A stretch of 64,000 bases of DNA, taken from NCBI GenBank assembly GCA_013265495.1, contig MU058584.1:5586508-5650507 (forward strand), written 5' to 3'. Source of the stretch: Vicugna vicugna (taxonomy: Eukaryota). A program made the translations under genes and the position numbers. Below, piece by piece: positions 24,980 through 38,559 of the stretch (position 1 is the stretch's first letter; every line of letters begins with the position of its first letter). Under the pieces are notes generated by a model, which was not told the DNA's origin, did not search any database, and saw only the letters and a program-made list of their open reading frames with translations.

Positions 24980-26605
24980 CCCCTCAAGGAATTAGAAAAA
25001 GAATAGCAAACCCAAAGCAAGCAGAAGGAAAACAACGGAAATTAGAGTGATGATAAGGTAGAGATTAGAAAACCAAAAGAGAATTGAGGAAACCAAAAGC
25101 TGGTTCTTTGGAAAAAATCCACAAAATTGACAAACCTGTAACCAGACTGACCAAGCAAAAACAAAAATGCAAATAACTAAAATCAGAAATGAGAGTGGGG
25201 ACTCAAGAAGAAACAGAAAATATGAACAAGCCTACAACAAGTGAAGAGATTAAATCAGTAATCAAAAACCTCCCAACACCAAGAATGAACCCTAATGTGA
25301 GCTATGGATGTTGGGTGATAATGATGTGTCAATGCAGGTTCATTGATGGCAACAAATGTTCCGTTTTGGTGAGGGATGCTGATACTAGGGGAGGTTTTAA
25401 TGAGGGAGGAGGAAATAATATTATGGGAACGCTCTGCACTTTCTGCTCAATTTTGCTGTGAACCTAAAACTGCTCTAAAAAATAAAGTCTATTAAAAAAC
25501 AAAAAAAATCGCCCAACAAAGAAAAGCCCAGGACCAGGTAGCTTCACTGGTGAATTCTTACCAACTATTTAAAGAATTAATACCAATCCTCCTCAATCCA
25601 TTTCAAGAAAATAAAGGAGGAGGGGACAGGAAACACTTCCTAACTCACTCTATGAGGCCAGCATTACCCTGATACCAAAGCCAGATAAAGACACCACAAG
25701 AAAAGAATACTACAGAAAAAGATCTCTTCATGAATATAGATGAAAAACCCTCACAAAATACTAGCAAACCAAATGCAACTGCATGGTAAAGGACTATGTA
25801 CCACCAAGTGGTGTCTGTCTCTGGAATGCAAGAAAATCAACTCATGTAATATATCACATTAACAGAACATAAGAGAAAACCCATATTATCACTTCATTTG
25901 ATGCAGAAAGAGAATTTGATAAAAATCCAACAAACTCTCATGATAAAAACACTCAGAAAAATAGCAATAGAAGAATAGGAATAAGTAGAATAGAGGAATA
26001 AAAGAACTTCCTCAAAGTCATCAAGGGCATTTATGGAAAACCCACAGCTAATATCATACTCAACGGTCAAAGACTAAATGCTTTCCTCTAAGATCAAGCA
26101 CAAGACAAAGATGCCCACTTCCACCACTACCACTCTACATTATCCTAGAAGTTTTAGCCAGAGTAACCAGTCAAGAAAATTAAATAAATAAAAGGCATCC
26201 CACCTGGAAAGGAAGAAGTAAAACGATTCTCTATTCACAGATGATACTATCCTATATATAGAAAATTCCAGAAAATGCACCCAAAAAATTAAGTGCTAAT
26301 AAATTCAGCAAAGTTGGAGGGTACAACATCAATGCACAAAAATCATCTATGTGTTCTGAGTATACAACCCATAAAAGAAATTACGAAAACAATCCCATTT
26401 GCAATAGAATCCAAAAGAATAAATATCTATGAATAAATTTAAACAAGTAAGTGAAAGACTTACACATAAAACAACAAAACACTGAAAAGACATCCTGTGC
26501 TTATGGATTGGAAGACAATATTATTAAGATAGCAATATAGTCTAAAGCAATCTACATACAGATTTACTACCATCCCTATAAAAATTCCAACAGCCTTTTT
26601 TTTTG
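24980..26605 (+). mobile_element. Old L1 ORF2 (RT region) fragment, interrupted at 25279-25503
   Basis: Motif IKNLPT/KKSPGPGSFTGEF and downstream RT-like sequence. Confidence 0.88.
25279..25503 (+). mobile_element. L1MC1-like 3' end nested in L1 ORF2
   Basis: Ends ...gctgtgaacctaaaactgctctaaaaaataaagtc; TSD aaaaa(cct/tcg)cccaaca at 25264-25278 and 25504-25518. Confidence 0.82.
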
Positions 26606-27547
26606 CAAAAATCTGTGTAATGTTTTAGTATCAAATTGGTTCTTACATTAAGGATAAACTTTAAGCAACACAAGACTAGTTATAATGAAATATTAAATTG
26701 CCTGGTATATGCTTAAAATGCTCTAAGAAGCTGAGGCAGGTATGAATAGTTCTCTGTGTCTTCGAATTTAGAGTCAAGTGATTAAGGTACAAATACCCAG
26801 TTGATATGAACATTTTCTTTTGAAGCTTTAACAGAAGTCCTGTCTCCACTCTCCTATGGTTGCCTTTGTCCTCCACTCCTTAAATGCTCTTATACGTATC
26901 GATACTGTTCCTCCACCTATCAGAGTCCTGGATAGTCTTAAATATCCACAAATGTCTACCAACGTATGTAAGCTTTATAATATAACTGAGAGAAAGGACT
27001 TTACAATTATACAGGTCAGAGTCTGTGAGAGCAAACTGCTCACCTCTATACTTTAGTTTCTTCATCTGCAAAGCAAGACTAATACGGTTGTTATGAGGTT
27101 GGATCAAATTATTGATGTAAAAGAGTTATAACAATACCAGGTACATTACAAACTCTCAGTGAGAGCTGGCTAATTTTTTAACATTCCCCAAGTAGTATAC
27201 ATAATTGTTACTATCTCTTTCTTTTAAAAGAACACGTGGAAGTAGGCCTACCCTATTGCTTAGCTTGCCACAGCTACTCAGATTCAAAGTTGACATAAAT
27301 AGGACTTTGTACAAGGTCTTGAACCAGGTTTGTTTAAGAGGTCATCACTCCGGCCTTATGAAATGTTCTGTTGTATTTTTTTAAATGATAATAGGAACTA
27401 AGAACAGATATCTGTCCCTTTCTTTTCATTCCAGCTAGAAATGTTAAAATAATTTATAAGTACAGGAATGTAGAGTTCATTTGTTGTTCAGTTTTTTGCA
27501 TAGAATAAAAAGTGGTATAACACATTACGACACTGTGAGAGAAGAAA

Positions 27548-27553
27548 TTTATT
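27548..27553 (-). terminator. CCDC181 polyadenylation signal
   Basis: AATAAA on the minus strand about 165 nt after the stop, followed by a GT/T-rich downstream element. Confidence 0.65.
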
Positions 27554-27716
27554 TTCCTCTATTATTAAAAAAATTAGATAAATTCACCATCAACATTACC
27601 AAAAGATAAACAGCATTACCATAATTTAGGGTATGACCAAAGCACACAGTCCACAAGAAATGATATCCAAAATTTTAAGGATAGCAGCTTCCAAATGAAG
27701 TATTTAATAGATACCT

Positions 27717-27879
27717 TCAGTTGTAGTGATCAGTAAAACGAAAAGATCTGGCATCTGACATATCACACAGCTGGTGCTGTAACTGTTTAGAACGCTTTGC
27801 TTCTAGCCGGAGCTGTCTAGTTCTTTCTTTGACAGCTTGTTGCTCCACTAGTTTTTCTATCCGTTTCCTTCTTAGCCAT
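27717..27879 (-). CDS. CCDC181: CCDC181 last coding exon (WLRRKRIEKLVEQQ...FRFTDHYN*)
   Basis: ctacag| acceptor, TGA at 27719-27717; total CDS 1530 nt = 509 aa plus stop. Confidence 0.97.
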
Positions 27880-28429
27880 CTGTAGAAAGAGACATAATCA
27901 GATCTGGTGACTATCAACCTGAATACACTCTTCATGCAATAAAATTATTACTAACAGGCAAGGGAAATTAGATTTCTTTATATTGAAATGTTCTGGTCAC
28001 TAACAAATGATTGAAGTATTAACTTAAAAAATTTTAGGCCTATACCAAATTCACATAAGAAAGCATAGCCACATTTAGAATCAAATGTTTGAAATTAAGT
28101 TTGTCTTAAAATGAAACTGCCAACCAAAAAAGCTTTTTAAAGCTATAAACATACTATTTTACATGTGACATAGGTCCTATCCTTTTTCAAAATATGATTT
28201 TCTAAGCAAATCAGTATTTGATAGATTCTAAATGACTTATTTTTTGCAACTAGTTATATTCTAAAACATTGCTTAACCAGCATGCAGAATACCGACATGC
28301 AGAAATGGTGCCTTGCTCTTCTTGGTGGAGAAATTACAGAGCTCTCGCTTTTCAATGCATAAAATATTTCCTCCTTAAAATGGAAAAATAAGCCTAAGCA
28401 TTAAAAACATAAAAAAGGTAAAGGAAGAG

Positions 28430-28541
28430 GGGAGGCTATAGCTCAGTGGTAGAGTGCATGCCTAGCATGCACAGCGTCCTGGGTTCAATCCCCAGGACCT
28501 CCATTAAAAAGATAAATAAATAAAAACCTAATTACCCCCCC
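28430..28541 (+). mobile_element. tRNA-Ala-derived SINE with 18-bp TSD
   Basis: TSD aaaaaggt(a/g)aaggaagag at 28412-28429 and 28542-28559. Confidence 0.92.
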
Positions 28542-29080
28542 AAAAAGGTGAAGGAAGAGTTCACATTTAGAAAATGTATGTTTATAAAGCTTTCTTAGGT
28601 AAAATAACATCAAAAATAACTGTATACTTAACATCTCTGGTATGAAAGTGTGTATGTGGTGTGTGTACATATATAATTTTTTCAGAAATAAATCTAAACA
28701 ACTGGATAACTGGTTTAGAATAAAAGAGACTTAAGAACCCTCATAATCCAACGTTACATAATCTTGAATTGGATATTAGTTTGAGCAAATTAACTGTAGT
28801 CCTTTAGGAATCAATTGGGAAAAAAATGGTTATAGGCTGGGTATTAGATGAGATCATCAATGAAAATAAGCAGATTGTACAACAGTATATACAGTATGAT
28901 CTCAATTTATATTTTAAAAATTGTAAATATATGTACAGAGAAATATCTAGAAGTTATGCACTAAGATGCTAACAATAGTGATTTGGAGGTGATGCAAACG
29001 TGACTTTATTCCCTTCCATTCCCACAATGCACCTTTACTGTGTCTGTTATACTAAAGGGATACATGTATGTCATCTTTTT

Positions 29081-29143
29081 AAAAGAAAGAAAGGAAGAAA
29101 AGAGAAAAACTAAGAAAGAGAAAGAAAGAAAGAAAAGAAAGAA
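29081..29143. repeat. (GAAA)n-like purine tract
   Basis: Direct reading. Confidence 0.85.
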
Positions 29144-29736
29144 ATGAGCTTCAAACAACTGGACACAATGTTCCCTCTTCTCCCAAGTCCTGCTGGCAAA
29201 ATTATGATGCCAGGTCTGCTTCCTCAGAGTTAAGCCACGTAATACTAACTCTACCCAGGAGACTGGAAAGGGGTCAGGTTTGCCTTAAATTATCAAAATA
29301 CGTGCCCAAATCTCCTCTTCACTTAGTCTCTACCAGATCTTCCTCCTCAGACTAATCGCTTTTCTTTACAGAAAAAATATTTATTGGTAAATGCAACTCT
29401 TTATTCAGTTGTTCTGAGGACTGTGTAGGAGAAGCTGTAGCCAGTCTCTGGCTCATTTCTCTAGAGATGAACAAATCAGATCAAAGGTAGGCTATCAAAG
29501 GTTATCACACTGGTGGCCTAAGAAACAATTTTAGTATTGAAAAATATCTTGAAAGAATGGTAAAGATATTATGTAAAGTGTCCAGTTAAAGATTTTCTCA
29601 TATATTGTTAAAAGTGTGGCTTTAAAATTGAACAGGTATGTAAGGTAAGAGATAAAATTTTTTCTTAAGTTTTATTGACTATATAACTTTCTAAAATGAC
29701 CCTGAGGAAGAGGGAAATGCCCCGCCTTTGACTTAC

Positions 29737-29891
29737 TGCTTAAAGGCCCTCTCACGGCCTTCTGTTCCCTTAAGGAAGAATAAGCATTCCTCTTGCTTTC
29801 GTAGTTCTTCCGTCTTTCTTTCTTTCAACTGTTCTTCATGCTTTTTTTTAAGCCATAATCGAAAAGCTTGCTGTGGATCTCTGTTTTCCTG
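29737..29891 (-). CDS. CCDC181: CCDC181 coding exon 4 (QENRDPQQAFRLWLKKKHEEQ...RERAFK), NAGNAG acceptor
   Basis: aaacag|CAG acceptor, CA|gtaagt donor, 155 nt. Confidence 0.96.
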
Positions 29892-30210
29892 CTGTTTAGA
29901 AAACAAGCTTTGCTTAATTTAAATAAACCAAAACTACTTTTTGAGGTCCTGCCTATAGGACCCCACGAGAATACATGTCCCACTCACCCATTTTTCATAA
30001 TAGAACCAACCTCATTACCTGCACTCTTAGCATCCAAACCAAATATATGACCTTTGAATCATCAACACTGATTACTCTTCTAACAGAAAAATCAACAGTG
30101 AACCCACTGCCCTCTGGCTTCTTTCAAAAGTCTTATTGAGGTCACCAATAAATGAAGAAGGTCTAAATGCAGTGATCTGTAAACTTTTCAAAGTTGAGCC
30201 CTTTAGCTCA

Positions 30211-30258
30211 TAAAATAAAATAAAGTAAAATAAAATAAAATACAATAAGATAAAATAA
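30211..30258. repeat. (TAAAA)n imperfect repeat
   Basis: Direct reading. Confidence 0.8.
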
Positions 30259-31069
30259 TTTCGCACAAGATCACAAACATATGAAACAGGGCTGAGGAAA
30301 GGTTGGGGATAGGAGGTACAAGTGGAGTTAAGGTCTTGGTATCAATTCCTAAAGGAAGCTCCATGGAATTTGAAAATCAATGATTCAACATTTATGTTAT
30401 TCAAACTTTCTTTAAATTCCTACCTTTGTTTCTAAGTTTTAAGAGCATCTAACTGCAAGCCCATCTACAAAACTATAATTATTACTATGGAGGGTGGCAA
30501 TAAGGGTTTTCAACCGTAAGAATTTTCTCATGAGTATAACAGCCATGAGGATTTTGGCACAAGAACGGGCTAGTGGGAGTAGCGTATTGTGTGGTTCTTC
30601 AAACTTTGTGATGGGTACTATCTTCAGGGAATTTTTGAAAGTTGAAAGAGCTCTTATTTGAGAGGGTGAAGAGAGCAAAGGGACAGATATGGGGGCTCTT
30701 CAGCCTTGGGAAAAGCATGACTCCTTATATGGATGCCTGGCTAGAACATAAAAGGAAAAGATGCACTCATTTAATACTGTCACCAAATATGAGCTCTGTG
30801 ATAGAAAAGACCACCTCCTACACCCTGCATTTCCCTTTATCTGTCACCCACGTCGCCAAGTATGCTCCAGTCTAATTTATATCATTTATGCAACTTAGGA
30901 TCTTTGATGTACAATGCAAAACTTTGTGAGGAGGTTCCATGAACCTACAGGATCACTGCTAAACATCTAATGTTTGGGAATGTCTGGAGATGACTAAAAA
31001 CTGTTCAATTCAGAATTATAGATCAAAAGCATTAAGAATTCAGAGATGAACAGGATTAAAGGGTGTTGC

Positions 31070-31990
31070 TGTTTATTTGTTCATTAAACAGACATTTACA
31101 GAGTATCTACTGCATAGAATATCCACAGGCACATTAGGTACTGGGATGCAGCAGTGAAAAAAAAAAACAAGGTTCCCTTTCTCATCCCTTTCCCATAAAT
31201 TCTATATCTACACTGTACAACACAGTAGCCACTAGTCACATGTAGCTACTTAAATAAAATTTAAAATTCAATGCCTCAGTCACATTTGCTACATTTCAAG
31301 TACTTAAAAGCCACATTGTGACTAGTGGCTACTTTATTAGACAGTATAGATATAGAATATTACCATCATCACAGAAAGTTGTATTGGACAGTGTTATTCT
31401 AGATAAGAGGGTGAAAATATATGATCAATTGACATGTCAGATTCAAAAGATAAGTATGGTAAGGAGAGAGTAATAATGGGAGAAGTGAAGAGAAAAGATG
31501 GTATTTAGAGAAACAGTGGGATCCAGTTATGGGAAGTCTTGAGAAAACGTATTTCAAGCAGTGGTAACAGAATAAGGGATCTGAGAAGGGATTATATTTG
31601 GCAGGTTCAACAAATAGCAAAGAAGTCACAGTGAAGCTGTAGCAAAGTGGATGGAGAGTGGTAGAAGATGAAGTCAGAGAAGTAACAGGGATCAGATAAT
31701 GCACCACCTTGGAGGCTAGGGTAGAAACTGAGATTTTATTTTGAGATGAGAAACCACTGAAGGTTTTTTCTAAGCATAAATGACACGCTCTGTTCATTTT
31801 AGAAGCACTGCTCTGGCTGCTATATGGAAAACAGACTGGGATGCGGCAGGCCAAGTAGAAGGGAGACTAGTTATCAGGCTTTTGCAACAGTCCAGGCAAC
31901 AGACAAAGTAGTTTGGATTAGGGTGGTGGGGCTCCGGATGTATTTTAAGTATAGAACTGACAGAATTTGCTCACAGACTGAATACTATGT
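31070..31990 (-). mobile_element. L2 fragment (interrupted by MER3)
   Basis: Antisense L2 motifs (gaagatgaagtcagaga...cactgctctggctgctatatgga). Confidence 0.78.
31208..31396. mobile_element. MER3-like hAT-Charlie MITE inserted in L2
   Basis: MER3 motifs; 8-bp TSD ttcta(t/g)at at 31200-31207 and 31397-31404. Confidence 0.85.
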
Positions 31991-32049
31991 CATGCTTTAA
32001 ATGATTGTTTAAAAATTTTTTAGGATTTCTTTTATGGTTTTATAAATCA

Positions 32050-32950
32050 AACCATATAAAAGCAAGCATTTCTGCATCACAAAAAAAAGGGAAATAAAAA
32101 CAAACAATGTAATGTAGCAAATCTCTCAAAGAATTGGTTTTCATAATGCATAAGAGTTCCCGTAAACCAAAAAGAAAGGACAAATATTCCTAACAGAAAA
32201 GTTGACAAAGGATTTTTCTATGAAGAGAGAATTCCAACAGCTCATAGATGTTCAGTCTCACTGATAATAACACTGCAATCAAATAACATTTCCTACCTAT
32301 TGGACTGGTAAAGATGAAAACATTTGAGAGCACATTTCTTAATAAGGGTGTAGGGATATCGTCACTATCCTACACCACTGACGAGAGTAAGTACAAAGTG
32401 GCACAACTCTGGGGAGTAATTTGGCAATATCTGTCAAAATTTTAAAAAGGAATACTGAGCAATTCTACTTCCTCAAATGTATCCTCCATTTAAACTTTTA
32501 TATTTGCAAATTAATATATATATAAAGATAATGACTGCAACATTGTTTATAATACCAAAAGATTAGAAAAATTTCAATAATAATAAGGTAATGATCAAAT
32601 AAACTATGATCTATCCATATAATAGAAAACTATTATAAATAAATAAATATGTAATTATTTAAAGGCTCCACATACATACCAATATGGAATGATCTCTAAA
32701 GAATATTCAGTGAAAAAGTAAAGGAGCAAATCCATGTATAGAGTATGATTCTATATTCATACATGCTTACATATTTGTTGAAAATATCCTTGAGAGGAAG
32801 CACAAAAAATTGGTGTAACACTGGTTGTTATTGGAAAAGGAGAATTTATAAGCAGGGAAATTGGGTAGGAGAAAATTCTTTGTACTTTTTGATTTCTGAA
32901 CTATATGTTTGTATTATCTATTCAAAAATACAAAGAATACTTTTAAATGT
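32050..32950 (+). mobile_element. Ancient L1ME-like 3' fragment
   Basis: Degenerate L1 3' motifs (gtaatttggcaatatc, gcaacattgtttataata). Confidence 0.65.
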
Positions 32951-34154
32951 TGTTTGCAGGGTTACATTTTTTTTTTAAGTTTTAATGAAAAATGATGAGA
33001 ATGATCCTCTCAGAGTTAAAAAAAAAGATGAGGGGGAAAAGGGCATATAGATCCCAAAACCCTTATCTTCCTCAAAGGAGAATCAGAATCTCCATTTATG
33101 TTATATTTACTTTAATAAAGATTTAAGAATATGTTTTTAAAATTTAAGGTAAATTGAAGCAGAATTTAAAAGGCTGTCCATGAAATCACTGCATAAGGTA
33201 ATAGCAAATGATTATCTATATTAGGGGGAACCAAAATAGAAAGAAATTATAATAAAATATAAAAAACAGAAGGAACTTTAAAGATCAAAGATAAATTATA
33301 AAAATTATTACCAATAGATTAAACTCTGATAAAAGAATACATACATATATACGTGACATCCAGCCATGATGGAGTAACTGGTATAAGGCTTAACCTCCTA
33401 CTCGAATCAACTATAAAACTAGACAAAATACATGTGGCAGCTGTGATTTGCTGAGAAAAGAAAAATACATGATATAAGCCCCAGGCTCACCCTAGCTCTC
33501 AGTGACATTTTCACTGACCACAACATAGGCAGGTGAAGCCTTAGCACGGAGCAGTGAAAAATCTTACTGGGCTTATGAGAACAAACGGGAGTTTGGGGCT
33601 ACTGGGACAGTTGGATGTGTAGGGCAGGGTGCTGGAAAGAAAAGAGCCATGCAGAAGAATCCAGAAGTCTGTGTAGGGGCTTCCCTTAGGCCTTGGCAAT
33701 GACTGGGCTGTGCAGGCACAGAGTGAGGCTCTGGAAGCTCTAGCAGAGAGCAGCTGCTGTGAGCGATAAAGACAACAGAAGCTGCACAGAGGGAGACACT
33801 GGAGTCCCAGTCCGGTCAGAGTGGGAATACTTCACTGAGTCCTTTGGCACCCACATACAACCACAGAGGGGCCTTGCTTTGGGAGTAAGGATCACATCCT
33901 ACAGCAAGGGCCACGCCCTAGAACTAAGGACAAAACCTAAACAGACCCCATCACAATAAAGCATAGAGCCATGTCTGACAGGATCAAGAGGATCCAATAC
34001 TAATTTAACTTCCTATCAGAACCAAACTTAATACCTTTCAAAGGAAAATAATGTAATCTAGACTCCCTACAACTAAAGAGTCATACAGTCTATTACACAA
34101 TAAAAAATCACCAGACATACAGAGAATTCACAATCTATAGAAAAAGGTAGTCAA

Positions 34155-34720
34155 TATCAGACAAGAGGGAAGAGGGCAGGGCACAGCCATTAAAGGAATG
34201 ACACAGCAATTAGTACCAAGATGGCAGCAAAGTCAACTCCCAATAGACCCTGAGGCCCAAGATGGCAGGAGATTTGACTTCCAGTAGACCTTGAGCTTCA
34301 TTATGCACTCATGGTAATATATTAGCATACAAAATAGCAAGCACTCCCACAGGCATCATGAGAGTTCCAAGGCTAGCCATAGAAGGTCAAAAAGTGGGCG
34401 ACAGCCCAATTCCTGGGAATCCCCAACCTTCCCCAAAGTAGTTGGAATAGTCCTCCCACTGGTTAGCATATGAGATAACCGGGTTCATAAAAACTAACAA
34501 CTCTACATCTTGTGGCCTTTTCTCTTGCCTTTTGACAAGGTCTGCATTCTGTCTATGGAGTATGTATCTCTCTGAATAAATATACTTTTGCTCAACTATG
34601 GCTCACTCTTGAGTTCTTTCCTGTACAAAGCCAAGGACACTCACTTGATGGGGCACATTCCAGGGACTTGTCCAAGACCCAGGACATGGCCATCCTCTCA
34701 TGCCCCATTTTCCTATATCA
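34155..34720 (+). mobile_element. MER41-like ERV1 solo LTR
   Basis: Shares MER41 hallmarks (caagatggc, ttagcat...cactcccac...catga, gttagcatat, tctgtctatggagta, aataaa...ctatggctcactcttgagttctttcctg...ccaaggacactcacttg). Termini and TSD are ambiguous. Confidence 0.75.
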
Positions 34721-35664
34721 AATCCTGAGATGACATAGCTATTATGATTTACACACATTTGGACTTTAAAACAATCAGGAAATCCATGTGTATATGATCA
34801 ACTAATTTTCAACAAAGGAACCAAAAATAACAATGGGGAAAGGACAGTCTCTTCAATCAATGGAACTGGTAAAACTGAACTGTCACATGCAAAAGATGAA
34901 ATTGGATCCCTACTTTACACCACACATAAAAATCAATTCAAAAATGGATTAAAGACTTGTGTGTAAGACCTGAAACAGTACAACTCCTAGAAACATCGAG
35001 GATAAGCTCCTTAGCATTGTTCTTAGAAATGATTTTTTTGGATTTTACACCAAAAGCAAAGGCAACATTTACAAAAATTTTAAAATGAGATTACATCAAA
35101 CTAAAAAGCTTGTGATCAGCAAAGGAAACAGTCAACAAAATGAAAAGGCAACCAAGTGACTGAGAAAAAATAGTTGCAAACCACATTTCCAATAAGAGGC
35201 TAATATCTAAAATGTACAAGGAATTCATATAACTCAAAAGCAAACAAACAAACAAAAATTCAGCCCAATTATAAAATGGGCAAACGACTTAAACAGACAT
35301 TTTTTTCCAAAGAAGATACACAAATGGCCACCAAGTACATGAACAGGTGCCCAGTATCACTAATCATCAGAAAAATGCAAATGAAAACCACCATGAGATA
35401 TCACCTCATACTTCTTAGCATAGCTATTATCAGAAAGATGAGAGATGAATGCTGGCAAGGATGTGGAGGTTCCTTAAAAAATTAAAATAGAATTATTATA
35501 TGATCCAATAATCACACTTCTGGGTATATACCTAAAGGAAGCAAAACCGTTATCTCAAAGAGAGAGCCGCACTCTCATGTTCACTGCATTGTTGTTCACA
35601 ATAGCCAAAGTATGAAAACAACCTAAATGTCTGTTGATGAATGACTGGATCAAGAAAATAAGAT

Positions 35665-35667
<3 letters not shown>

Positions 35668-35699
<32 letters not shown>
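35668..35699. repeat. (CA)n microsatellite
   Basis: About 15 AC units. Confidence 0.95.
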
Positions 35700-35701
<2 letters not shown>

Positions 35702-35868
35702 AATATTATTCAGCCTTAAAAAAGAAGTAAATTCTATCATTTGCAATACCATGGTTGAACCTGAACCTGGAGGACATTATTATAAGTGAAATATGCCAGA
35801 CAGAGAAAGACAAATATTGCATGGCACCATTCATATGAGGAATCTTTTTTTTAAAAAAAGTCTAGTTC

Positions 35869-36311
35869 TACTATTCAGCCATAAAAAATGACAACATAGC
35901 ATCATTTGCAGCAACATGGATGCTCCTGGAGCATGTCATTCTAAGTGAAGTAAGCCAGAAAGAGAAAGAAAAATAACATATGAGATTGCTCATATGTGGA
36001 ATCAAAAAAAAAAAAAAGGCAACATAAATACAAAACAGAAACAGACTCATAGACATAGAATACAAACTTGTGGTTGCCAGGGGATGGGGGGTGGGAAGGG
36101 ACAGACTGGGATTTCAAAATGTAGAATAGATAGATAAACAAGATTGTACTGTGTAGCACAGGGAAGTATATACAGGATCTTGTGGTGGCTCACAGCGAAA
36201 GAGAATGTGACAATGAATGTATGTATGTTCATGTATAACTGAAAAATTGTGCTCTACACTGGAATTTGACACAACATTGTAAAATGACTATAACTCAATA
36301 AAAAATGTTTT
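35869..36311 (+). mobile_element. Young L1 3' end nested in an older L1
   Basis: Perfect 14-bp TSD aaaaagtctagttc at 35855-35868 and 36312-36325; same 3'UTR family as 15167-16205. Confidence 0.92.
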
Positions 36312-37986
36312 AAAAAGTCTAGTTCATAGAAATGAACAGTATAGTGGTGCTTACTAGGGGTTGGGGGTTGGGAGAAATAGGAAGAGGTTGGTAAAAAGGT
36401 ATAAACTTTCCATTATAAGGAGGAAAAAGTATGAGGATCTAATATGTAACATGGTGAGTATAGTTGATAACACTATTTTACATAATTTAACTTTGTCAAT
36501 AGAGTAGAACTTAAATCTTTTCACCAAAATGGGAAGGAGGTAAATATCTGGTGAGGTATATGTTAATTAACTTAATGGAGAGAATTCTTTCATAATGTGT
36601 ATGTGTATCAAGTCATCATATTGTACACTTTATCTTACAATTTTATTTATTAATTATATCTCAATACATCTAAAAAAATCACACACAAAAAAATAGAAAC
36701 TTAAAAGACGAACAAAAACAACCAAAATTTCCTGAATGAGCTTAACAGTAGACTGGACACTGCAAAAGAATGTGTCAATGCCTGATGACAGGTCAATAGA
36801 AATTATTTAAACTGAACAAAGAAAAAACATTTTAACCAACAGAACCTTAGTAATATGTGAGATAGCTGCTAGTGTTCTATCATGTGTGAAAATGGACTTT
36901 CAGAAAATGAGAGAAAGGTAATGGGGCAGAAAAAGTTTGTAAAAATCGTAGCCAAAAGTTTCCCAAATTTGGTATAAAACACCAGCCTACTGATCCAAGA
37001 AGCTCAGCAAAGCTCAAGTCAGGCAAATTCAAAGAAAGTTGCACATACAATAAACTGCTGAAATCCATATCAGAAAAAGTCAAAGTAGCCGTAGAAAAAA
37101 GAACATTACATACAAGGGAACAATGATAAGAACTGACTTCTGCTTAAAAACAGTGAATGTCAGGAAACCAATGAACACCAGGCGTAAAGTGCTGAAAGGG
37201 AAAAGAAACCTGTCAGCCCAAAATTCCATATTCAATTTAAAAACAACCCTTCATAAACAATATATTTCTGATACATTTAGGATATACATATTATAATCCC
37301 TAGAGCAATGACTTAAAAAAAATTTCCAAACACTATAGCTAAAAGCCAATAAGAAAATAAAATGGAGTATTTTTAAATAATTGATTAATCTATTAAGAAG
37401 GTAGAAAAAAGATGAATAATGGAGCTAAAATCAAATGGAAAAAATAGAAAGCAGATATCAAGACAGTAAACTTAAAACCTACCATATCATTAATTACAAT
37501 TAAATATAATGAACTCCAGTTAAAAGAATAATTCCTGGATTAGGAGATCCAAATGTATGCTGTTTGCACAAATAACCCTTCAAGCATAAAGACAGATAAA
37601 CTGACAGTAAAATATGAAACAAGATAGAATATGCAAATGATAAGCGTAAGAAGGCTAGTTTGGCTTCATTCACATCAGACAAAGTAGACTTCAAGATTAG
37701 AAAGGCATTCCATAATGCGAAATGTCATTCATCAGGAAGACACAGATTCATAAATGCATACAGACAACACTAAAATGCATGAAGCAAAATCCATTGGAAC
37801 TAAAAGGGAAATAGACAAATAAAACTCTTTTCTATTGGTAAAAAATAAAATAAAATAAAGAAAAAAAGAAAACTCTTTCCTGAACTACCAATATACATTT
37901 ATTTCCCTCATTATGATCTCTCATAGCTCTTTTTTTCCATAGCATTCATCACTATAAAAATTTATTTTGTATTTAGAATTAATTTG

Positions 37987-38435
<449 letters not shown>

Positions 38436-38559
38436 TTTGTTTTCCATCCTTACTAGATGAGCTCTATAAAACAGACTTATTTTGCTCAGGACTACAATTC
38501 TGTACATGGAACAGCATCTATCATATAGTAAGCAGTTAAAAAATATTTACTGAATACAT

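Larger units (their letters stand above)
33355..37820 (+). mobile_element. Nested L1 cluster: old L1M 5'UTR/ORF1/ORF2 start, interrupted by an LTR (34155-34720) and a second L1 3' end (about 34775-36680)
   Basis: ORF1-like (36700-37250), endonuclease-start-like (37480-37820) and ORF2-end/3'UTR (34775-36680) sequence recognisable. Confidence 0.75.

Noticed and set aside
28430..28503. Apparent tRNA-Ala genes
   Set aside because: A-rich tails, TSDs and stem-disrupting substitutions show they are SINE copies.
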